This document shows, one piece after another, positions 52,878-62,400 of a stretch of 64,000 bases of DNA; position 1 is the stretch's first letter, and each line of letters begins with the position of its first letter. The translations under genes and the position numbers were made by a program. The stretch is from a bacterium (GTDB lineage Bacteria > RBG-13-61-14 > DATKZS01): assembly GCA_963674965.2 (NCBI GenBank), contig CAXXFL010000006.1:768001-832000 (forward strand), in the 5' to 3' direction. The notes below the pieces were generated by a model, which was not told where the DNA came from, made no database searches, and was given only the letters and a program-made list of their open reading frames with translations.

Positions 52878-54437
52878 TTAAGCCACATCCTCCAGCATCA
52901 CGCGCTCGGCAAGATTGAAGAAATAATTGAGATTGTCAAAACGATACGCGTCCAAGTTAAAGCTGTTCTCTTCAGCCAGGCGAAGTTTACTAGCTGTCAG
53001 GTCGAGAGATGGGAACAGATAATAATCCCTAATTTGCTCATTGCCCTCTTCCATTCTGACCGCAATGGTTATGTCGGGCCTGAGACCCTCTTCAAATCGC
53101 AGCAGCCAGCGAAGGGCCCCGGCTCCTGTCTGCCGACAGCGAGCCAGGGTTAAGGAAACCAGAAGCTCTCGATTGATCAACAGCAGATCCGATTGCTCGT
53201 CAGTCTCCACTTCCGCGCCATGTTCTTCCAATTGATTGATCACCTCAGCGATCGTTTGCGGATACATCTCCCTCAACCGACGATTGACTTCGATGTAACT
53301 GTAATCGATATCCGGGACGTAACCTATCAGCCGGTAAGCCCGCAACAGGCTGCCGAAGCGATGCTGATACGCTGAAGCCGTGGGCAGTGTTTCAGCCTCA
53401 TCAATCAAAATCCCCGAAAGCCTTCCGTTTTTGAGGTAGACATTTTTCAGCTTTTCCAACATCTCATCATCGCTCAACCTCCGACTGCGAGCCAGGATTA
53501 TGCCCCGAGCAGTAAAGAAAGTCTGCGCTTCAATGATCGGCTCAAAGGCCCCATCCTTGCGAATCCATTCCTCAGGCGGATTTTTCACCCTTGCTATTTT
53601 CAGCTTGTACGACTGACGGTTATAAACGTTGTTGCCAATGTACTTTTCATTGGTCAGAATCTGCCGTATGGGACCCCGCTTCCAGGGGCGCTGATGATCG
53701 TTTAATATTTTTCGGTCATTGAAAATAGCGGCTATCTCACCTTCATTCTTGCCTTCATGAACAAAAAGCCGAAACATCTCTCGGACATTTGCCACTTCTT
53801 CGGAAGGGCCGGGAGTCAGAATCACCCGGTCAGTCTGGAGGCTTTTGTGCTCGCCCATCTTCAACTCGCCCTTCACCTGTCCGCTGCTGTCCACCAACAC
53901 TCGACGCAGGCCGTAACCAGCCGTGCCACCCTGGCGAAATCCCAGCTTCACCAGGTTCGACGCGCCATGGAAAACCTTGCCAGACAACTCCCGGCTATAC
54001 TCCGCGGCCATGGAGCGCTTTACTCCTTTGACGATTGTTGAAATGGGGCTGCCGTCGTTTTCAAATAGCTCCGCGCAATATTTGATCTTGACCCCAGCTC
54101 TTTTGCAGACGTATTCATAATGAGCGCTCTCATCCGCATCCTGAAATCTGCCCCAGCGGGAAACGTCATATACCAGTATCTCCTCAAATGCTGCCTGCCC
54201 GCTTTCGACATCGCGCAGAAGCTTCGCGAGAGAATCTCGGCCTTCAATATTCAGACCGCTCTTACCTTCATCAGAATAGATCTCTATAATCTCGTAATTG
54301 TGGTGCTCGGCATACTGTCTGATGATCTCAAGCTGGTTGTCTGCGCTGTATTGCTGATGTTCGGTGGACATGCGCACATAAGCGGCAGCGGGAATGGACT
54401 TGTCGCGTGGCGGCTGTCCTGTTCGGCCGTTTGTCAT
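52878..54437 (-). CDS. Large serine recombinase
   Basis: AAYVRMSTEHQ, YDVSRWGR and MAAEYSRELS motifs; operonic with two ParB-like genes. Confidence 0.93.
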   Translation of the reverse strand: MTNGRTGQPPRDKSIPAAAYVRMSTEHQQYSADNQLEIIRQYAEHHNYEIIEIYSDEGKSGLNIEGRDSLAKLLRDVESGQAAFEEILVYDVSRWGRFQDADESAHYEYVCKRAGVKIKYCAELFENDGSPISTIVKGVKRSMAAEYSRELSGKVFHGASNLVKLGFRQGGTAGYGLRRVLVDSSGQVKGELKMGEHKSLQTDRVILTPGPSEEVANVREMFRLFVHEGKNEGEIAAIFNDRKILNDHQRPWKRGPIRQILTNEKYIGNNVYNRQSYKLKIARVKNPPEEWIRKDGAFEPIIEAQTFFTARGIILARSRRLSDDEMLEKLKNVYLKNGRLSGILIDEAETLPTASAYQHRFGSLLRAYRLIGYVPDIDYSYIEVNRRLREMYPQTIAEVINQLEEHGAEVETDEQSDLLLINRELLVSLTLARCRQTGAGALRWLLRFEEGLRPDITIAVRMEEGNEQIRDYYLFPSLDLTASKLRLAEENSFNLDAYRFDNLNYFFNLAERVMLEDVA

Positions 54438-54802
54438 TATTTACCTCTCTGAGAAATGTTAATAGAGCTTGTATTTGTTCTCGGCAGAACAGCTTAAGGT
54501 TGGGATGAGCCTGCAAATCTTAAGCGGGTCGCTTTCTGGAACTTCACGCGACCCCGAAATGAGAGTACTGCTCTAAAATAACAACTACACTTGTTAACCA
54601 AAGGCATTTGCTCTCTGTACGGAGAATCTAAACAGAGAGCAACCGTTTACAAAAAACAGGAGGATTGACTTTTGCCAATCCTCTCTAACTATCCTTGGTT
54701 CTTTCCCTTCACTTTTTTTATTAGCAATATTAGCAATCTATAACTTGACCCCAAAGGGGTTTCACTTGTTAACCTCAAACTAAATAGAGCGTGCTATTTA
54801 GT

Positions 54803-54830
54803 TGGCTCCTGGGGAGGGATTCGAACCCCC
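54803..54830 (-). other. tRNA 3'-end remnant (att-site-like; possibly tRNA-Asn type)
   Basis: Minus strand GGGGG-TTCGAAT-CCCTC-CCCAGGA-G-CCA (T arm, acceptor 3' strand, CCA); no 5' half is visible. Confidence 0.7.
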
Positions 54831-55314
54831 TGATAAGCTCATTAAATATTCGTATAATCAGGGACAAGAAACCCCTTATCCCGGACAATTTAGTGAAAAA
54901 CCAGGCCAAGATCAAGAAGTTAAAAAATCCTCTCCTGTAAAGGGCCGGACACATACTGTAAAAACCATATCATACGAAGGTAAAATAAAGGACCGTAATT
55001 TTCACGGTTCCGCCCATAACCGGCCCGGATCCGAAAAGGCCATAAATGAAAAGCTTGACTCTAACCTTGCTCTGGTCCTTGATGCTTGGCCTACGCTCCC
55101 TCATGCGATACGGGCAGGGATCGTGGCAATAGTGAGGGCCACGGCGCAACCAGCGCCCACGGGACGGCGCGAAACCAAGGGAGGCAAGGGAGATGCCTAG
55201 CCGCGGCCGGATCGCCGCCCTGGGCCGTCCTGGGCGTCCGGTACGATACGGAAATCGGAAAGTGAAGGGGGCAATGCCCACTGCAAGGGAACAAGCTGAA
55301 GCTGGAGGACAAAG

Positions 55315-55977
55315 ATGAAAAAGAAGGACAAGAAGGGACTGGCAAGGACAACGAAAAAGGAAGACGCCAAGCTCGCCGTGACCGCATACACCGACGAGGA
55401 AAGGGCGATCATCTCCAGGGCCGCGGAACGAAGAAATAATCCGCCCCCCAAATACATAGAGGGAGAATCGAAAGGGAGGCATCTGAGTATTGCCCTCCCC
55501 AAAGAGAAACCTCACCTTGTACACGCAAAAATTGCTTTGGCATTGGGGACAGTGGATAATTCCACCGAAACCTTTCTTCTAAATCAAGCAATCCAGAGTT
55601 TCCCCGACTCCGTTCCAGGAATAGACCGCGTGAACATCACCGCGGCGCTGATGTATGGAATAGCGCCTGATAACGAGGTGGAGGGAATGCTCGGCCTTCA
55701 GATGGTCGCCACCCACAACTTGGCGATGGAGCTATTGGGCCGCGCCATGAGATATGATTGCTGGGACGCGACCCGCGACGGCGTCAACATGGCCACGAAG
55801 CTGCTCCGGACTTACAAGGCCCAGATGGAGGCCCTGAACCGGAACCGGGGCAAGTCCCCAAGCCAGAAGGTGACGGTCGAGCACGTCCACGTGAACGCGG
55901 GCGGCCAGGCCATTGTGGGCAACGTCGAGAGAACGCCCACCGGGAGGGGGAAGGAGGGGGGTGATGCCAAAAAGTGA
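55315..55977 (+). CDS. Conserved hypothetical protein of phage-satellite-like elements
   Basis: EGMLGLQMVATH...KVTVEHVHVNAGGQAIVGNV; overlaps the HGGxSTG gene. Confidence 0.7.
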   Translation: MKKKDKKGLARTTKKEDAKLAVTAYTDEERAIISRAAERRNNPPPKYIEGESKGRHLSIALPKEKPHLVHAKIALALGTVDNSTETFLLNQAIQSFPDSVPGIDRVNITAALMYGIAPDNEVEGMLGLQMVATHNLAMELLGRAMRYDCWDATRDGVNMATKLLRTYKAQMEALNRNRGKSPSQKVTVEHVHVNAGGQAIVGNVERTPTGRGKEGGDAKK

Positions 55978-56314
55978 GGAACCACCCCTTGCTATGCACC
56001 GCGCGCCACGGTGCGGAGCTAAATGCAAGCGCACCGGTCTCCCATGCCGGATGCCGGCCATGGCTAACGGCAGATGCTTTCTTCACGGCGGCAAAAGCAC
56101 GGGCGCAAGGACGGAGGCGGGCATGGAACGTTGCCGTAAAGTCAACGTAAAGCACGGATTCTATTCCCAGGAATCAATGGCAAGGCGCCGGGAAATTAGG
56201 CGTTTTATAAGTGAGTCCAAAAAATTACTGAGACAAATAGAATCCAAAGCACTCCAATCAGGAAACCTCGATGATAACCCCATCGAACCGCCTTTCTTTA
56301 AAAATAAAACGTGA
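55964..56314 (+). CDS. HGGxSTG-domain protein
   Basis: RCGAK.KRTG.PC..PAMANGRCFLHGGKSTGART...KHGFYS. Confidence 0.85.
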   Translation: MPKSEEPPLAMHRAPRCGAKCKRTGLPCRMPAMANGRCFLHGGKSTGARTEAGMERCRKVNVKHGFYSQESMARRREIRRFISESKKLLRQIESKALQSGNLDDNPIEPPFFKNKT

Positions 56315-56494
56315 AGTTCCCCTATAATCCTTGGGGGACCCATTAAAATCCCGGAACTTCCCCTAACAGGAAGGGAACAGAAAGTGGCAGAAATAACTTT
56401 ACGCCGGTTTCCCGGATGCAATCTCTTCCCACCAGCTTTCTGACTATTCCTCCCATCTTTTATGTAGTATCACCAAACATCGCTCTACCAATAT

Positions 56495-59400
56495 TTACTC
56501 AGCGGCAGTTACGCTCTTCGCCTGCCAGATGGTGAGGAGTCTAGCGAGGTCGATGAGGACGTCTTCAACGTCGGCTTCCTCGATGGCGTTCACCTCGGCC
56601 ATGGCGTCAAGGATGTAATCGATGGCGTCCTCGGCTCCCTCCTGGTCGTCCTCCAGGTCCGGTGTGATCCGCGACAGGTACGCGAGGGCGTCGTCGCGGC
56701 GACAATCGTCCTGGCAATGACCGTTGCCTCCATGACCACCGTTGCCACCATGGCCGCCATTACCACCGTGGCCCCCATTCCCACCATTACCGCCGTTTCC
56801 GCCGCCGTGGCCGCCTCCACAACGGTCGTCCATTTCCCGATCGTCATCGCCGCCTGTGAAGGGATATAAGTTATAGAGACCAAAGCCTCTCGGTTCGATA
56901 TTTTGAAGGCCGTCACCGTACCCTAGAGTCTGGTAGTAACCAAGATATCCGTAAGCTCCCTCGTAGAGGCCGCGATTGCCGTGACCGCCATTACCGCCGC
57001 CGTTTCCACAGCCTCCATCTCCGCAATTGCAATCGCCGCAGCCGCCGTATCCGTGACCATAGCCGCAGCAACCGCCATGGCCACATCCGCAGTCGCCGCA
57101 TCCGCCGTTGTGCCCCTGGCAGCAGTCGGGGATGGGGAGGTCATCGAGCTGGGTCTCGATGGACGCGATTAAATCCCAGGAATCGGTGGACAGGTTTATC
57201 GACGCGCTCAAGCCGTCGCAGAGATGGAAGGTCCCGCCGGTTAAGTAGGACGCCTCGGTAACCGAGCTGTAATCGCCGACAAGGTCGGGGAACCTGACTC
57301 GGAATTGCATGCTGGCCATCACGTTCATCTCCAGGTACCTGAGCCAGGTGATCTTGTCCGGCAGAATGAGAGAGCCGTCCGAAGCCCAAACCGTCTCGAG
57401 TTCCGGGGCCGGATACTCGTCAATCCGATAATGGTCGTCGGAGCCCAGGTTGGTCACGTCAAGCGAAACCGAAACCACCCCAAGAGGCGACACGGTCGAG
57501 ACCGCCGGAGTAACGTAGTAAACGCTGTCAACGAGAAGCTGGTCGATTACGACCTGGTCGTCGCAGTCCACCGCCGCCGGGTTGAAGGAGTAGGACAGAA
57601 CGCGACCCAGTCCTTCCGAGTTGAGGGCCGCGCCGGGATCGTAATCGTGACCCTGACACCTTCCATCGGTGAAGTAACCCATGGCCTCGGCGTCGAGCAT
57701 CTCCATGTTCACGGCCGACTTCTTACCGATGACGGTAAAGGACACGGAGGGAGTGAGGTCGGAATCGTACATCGTGACCACGTTGATATTATTGGAGCGC
57801 CTTCCCTCCCAATGCACGCCGAGAAGGTCTCGCGCCTGGGGCAGTTCCTCGGGGAAATTCTTGAACGCGATCATGCCGTCTCCGGCAAGCACGCGTCCCC
57901 AAAGCTCGTAGTTGATCTCGTCCGTCTTGCCGACGTTCACCACGATGAATACGTTATAAAGGCCGCTCCTCATCTCGGCCAGGAAGTTGTCTTCCTCATA
58001 GACCGCGAGGTGTGGGACCTCCATGTCCGTCAGCACCGCGCCAATCCAGGCCCCGACCTCGTCCGGGTCCATGCTATGTTTCTTGCCCTCGCGGAGCCAG
58101 ACCAGGACCCAGGGAGACGGGTCGGTAACGTACTTGTCGATCTCCAGGTCGCAGGTCCCGACCTCGGTCGATATCTCGAACGTCAACGAATCGTCGGCGG
58201 AGTTGCCCGCCAGGTCCACGGCGTGAACGGCAAGCAAGTAGACCCCGTCCTCCGTAACCGGCGTGTCGCTCGCGAAGGGAAGCCCGTTTAACGTGATTTC
58301 ATGGTGGTCATGATGCAAGTCCGTCACCTCGACGTGGGGTATCACCTGCGAGTCGTAAGTCACGCCATCCGTAACGCCGGTAATGAGAATGGTCGGCGGA
58401 GTCTTGTCGATGACCACTCCGGACACGGTCTCCTCGACCGAGTTGCCCGCGCAGTCCCAGGCCTCGATGACGACGGTATAGTCGCCCTCCTCGGTCAGGG
58501 TCACCGCCGCCAAAGGCTCGGCCGAAGACAGGGTCGAGCCGTCCTTAACGACAGTGACCATCGAGGCCGTCAGATTGGCGTCATCGGCTTCGGGCGTAAA
58601 GGTTACGTAGTCGTTGTAGTAGCCGGAGGCAACGTTCGCCGTCACCGCCGGGGCCGTGAGGTCGATAATAACCGGACCGGCCTGAGCCGTAACCGAGTTG
58701 CCGGCAAGGTCCATGGCCCAGCCCGAGATTATATAGACGTTCTCGGCGGAAAGCGTGACGCTCTCGCCAAAGGCATGTTCGTCAACCGTCGCCCCGTAGG
58801 ACACCCTCACCCAACTCTGGGACGCGTTGGCCTCGGTCAGGGTCGGAGTGAACGTCAGGGCCTGGTTGAAGCAGCCCGAGGTGACGCCAAGGTCGATCTC
58901 GGGAGCGCTTTTGTCGATGGTGAAGGTCATATCGACCAGTGCCGCAGTGTTCCCAGCCAGGTCCGCCGCCTCGGCGTGGAGCGCGTACGAACCGTCATCG
59001 GTAAGCTCGATCGAAGTATCCATGCCGTAGGCCAGGGCGTTGATCTCGAGAGCCTCGCCCGCCGGATCGCGGTTAGCGTCGTTGACCGTCCCCTCGAGCG
59101 TGACCCCGGCGCCATAGAACTCGCCGTCGGAAACGCCCGTAACAACTATCTCGGGCTTGGTCTTGTCAATGACAACGCCGGACACGGTTACCTGACTTGT
59201 ACGACCGGTGCAGTCCACGCCTTGAACGACCACGGTATAGGTCCCCTCATCCGCGAGCACAACGGTGGAGCCGACCTCGGTCTCGATTACGGTCGTTCCA
59301 TCCATATAGACGGTGATAGGAGCGTAAACCAGGTTCGCGTCCAGAGCGGTGGGGTTGAACTCCACGTCATGGTTGTAATAGCCGGACGTGACGTCCGCGT

Positions 59401-62400
59401 TTACCTCCGGGGCGATCAGGTCTATCACCATGGGGCCGACGAGGACGGTCTTTTCATTGCCCGCGAGGTCCTTGGCGTAGCCCTCGATGTAATAAGCCGT
59501 GTCCTGGTCGAGTACCAATGAATCGCCAAAGTCGAAGAGGTCAGATGCCGCGCCATGGAAAACCGTCAGTCGGCTCTCCGCGAGATTGTCCTCCTCCAAA
59601 GTGGGCGTCGTCGTCTGGACGGTCCCGTAGCAGCTTGGAGCGATGCCTATATCTATCGTCGGTTTGGTTTTGTCGATGGTGAAGGTCAAATCGATCGGTG
59701 CCGCGGTGTTCCCCGCCAGGTCGGTGGCTTCAAGAATGAGAGAGTATTCGCCATCGTCGCCGATAAATATATCGGCGTCATACGCGTTGGCCTCAGCGTT
59801 AATTAAGAACGCTTCGGATGAAGGGTCGCGGTTGACGTCAATGACGGTAGCGTGAAGCGTGACGCCGGCGCCGTAATAACCTTCATCCGAGACGCCGACG
59901 ATGGATAAAATGGGCTTGGTTTTATCGATGACTATCGGGGCAACCTCGAGGTAAACGTAATTACCCGCTATATCGGTAGCTTCCAGAATAAGCGCGTACG
60001 AGGCTTCCTCCGCCAGCGTAATTTGATCGCCAAAGTTTGTGCTTAACCAGGTACTTCCGTCCTTGAGCACGACCACGCCGCCGGAGGCTTCAATATTGTC
60101 GGTGACCGAGGGAGTGAACGTAAGGTCCTCGTTGTAATATCCCGCCTCGGCGTCCGGGTCGATAAGTGGAGGTTGCATGTCTATTCCGAACTCGATAACC
60201 TCGTAGGCTAAATTATCCGCCTCATCCACGGCGTAAACCTCGAGAGCGTGCCATCCATCTCCAATGGGGGAGCCGGGAGCGTACTCGGCTCCGTCCAGGT
60301 AACACGCGAAATCCGCCACTTCGGACAGGGAGTCCTGAATATCGATCAGGGGAACGACCTCGGAGTTCGCATAAAGGTCGGCCATGACCCCGGTAATGGC
60401 TATAACGGGTGGAGTAAAGTCCAGGGTGAACTCGGAGGAAAGAGCGGCCGTATTGCCGGCAAGGTCCTCGGCGTAAAGAGATATTACGTGTTCGCCCTCA
60501 TCCATGACCACGTCCCCGGCTTCGACCGACAGGCCGTCAACCGTCGAGCTTGTATTACTGAGGTTTTGGTCCTCCGCGCTAAAAACCAGATCGACCGGAT
60601 AGCCCCATACAAGGTGGTCCTCCGGTGAATAAAGCGTAATGGTCGGCTTGATGGTGTCGACCGCGGTAAAGACGGTTGACGCGTCCATCAAGAAGCCGGG
60701 ACCCGACGCGAATACCGCGCCGAGTTGGTGTTGTCCAAGGCCGGATATTTCTTCGGAATCGAGAGTGACCGCGTAGGCGGTCTCCCCGTAAAGATGGATG
60801 GAGGCGGAAACCACGGTCGTCCCGTCAAGGAGTATGGTCAAGTCCCCCGTGACGTCCCACCCGAACAGGGTTACGAGGCAGGACGCCCCTTCCACGCGGC
60901 TTTCATATTCGGCCTGATCGCACGAGACGCCGACTATGCCATAATCAGCCACGGTGAATTTAACCACCTCGACCGACTTGGCGACGGACATGGCCGTATC
61001 CGCGTATAGCGTGGCGTAAAGCTCGTGTTCTCCAAAGGTTTGGGCTGAAAATGACCGCGGGCCTCCATCGAGATCGGATATGCCCGGCTCGAGGGAGGCG
61101 GACGCCGTCCCGAGCGCGCTTGTCACGCCATCCGGGTCCTGGACCTGAAACTCGACCGCGCCGTCCATGGATATGGCGCTATCGATAATCAGGTGAGCGG
61201 CAATCTCGTCGTCCATGAGGTACACGGACTTGTCAGTTTTCAGGTCCACGATGGCTACGTCGTCGTCAAGCACCTGATAGCGGTACTCGAGATCATATCC
61301 CATGAAGACGTAATCGATCATTTGCGCGCCGGCGACCTGGTCCGCGGGCAACTGGAACTGGACCGACTCGGGCGTATCCGGCTCAAGTGAAATCTCCCAC
61401 TCCACGCCGCCGGAAAGCGCCGAGATATCCATGGTCCCGCCGAAAAGCGCCTGGGCGACGACGGTGACCGTGTCTCCGGGGTAGTAAGCCGGCTTGTCGG
61501 TATAGAGGCTCACGAGGATATAATCCTCCTGGATGAGAACGAAGCCGGCGGCCAGTTCGGGACCTTCGTCCTGATGACGGATGGTAAACACGGCCCTCGG
61601 GTCGGTCATGTCTCCAACCGGGATTTCGAAGGTAACCGCGTTGGAGTCGGCGTCGAGGATGAAAGGTAAAACGTATTCATTCCCGTCGTAATCCACCGCC
61701 GCCTCCAATGGAGCGCCTGATATGCCGTTCCGATTGATAACGTCGATGGTCATGGACGCGGCGTCGTCCATCGCGTAATTCGCCTTGTCCAGGCTCGCGG
61801 AGGCCTCGATGGAGAGCCCTTGTATGGTTATTGGAATCGTTCCGGTTGACGGCGTTCCCAGTTCTCCCTCACTCGTTGAAATTTCGAATTCAAGGGAGGT
61901 AACCGTGTCTCCGGCCGTATAGGGAATGGAAACGGTCGCGGCGCCCATGGCGGTATCGCCGGGGAAGATATAAAGCTCGGCCGAGTCGTTCAGTCCCAGG
62001 TTGGGACAAAAAACGGCAAGGGTCGCGACGCCCGACTTTTCTCCCGAGTTCTCGATGAGGAGCGCGGCCTCGATATCGTCGCCCGCGTTGGCCGTAAGGC
62101 TTGAAGGAGCAAAGGCCACCCGGAAAACCGGGCCTCCGACCTCGAAGGGTATCGTTTGAGAGGCCACCTCGTTTCCGATCAAGTCGGATACGGAAGCCTC
62201 GAGTTCATGCGATCCGGTTTCCGCGTCGTCAAGATACATGACGCCCGAATACTCGAGGGATTCTCCCGCCGCCAGGGAGACAAAGAAATATTCCGACCAA
62301 AAGGAGGTCTCGAGGCTCACAAGGCCTTGGAAATCGTAGCTCGAGTTGTTGGTCACCAGGGCCGACGCCTCGCGCGCGCCGTCCTCGGAGTCGCCGAGGG

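Larger units (their letters stand above)
36700..56400. mobile_element. Composite integrative island (serine recombinase/ParB type) with TA and repair cargo
   Basis: Two recombinase modules, a tRNA remnant, phage-like genes and TA modules lie between two giant-protein loci. Boundaries approximate. Confidence 0.6.

Noticed and set aside
54802-55200. ORF starting MAPGEGFEP, and an intact tRNA at this site
   Set aside because: The ORF start is the antisense of a tRNA 3' end; no D arm or anticodon arm is present. Only the short distal part (AWPTLPHAIRAGI) may be coding.
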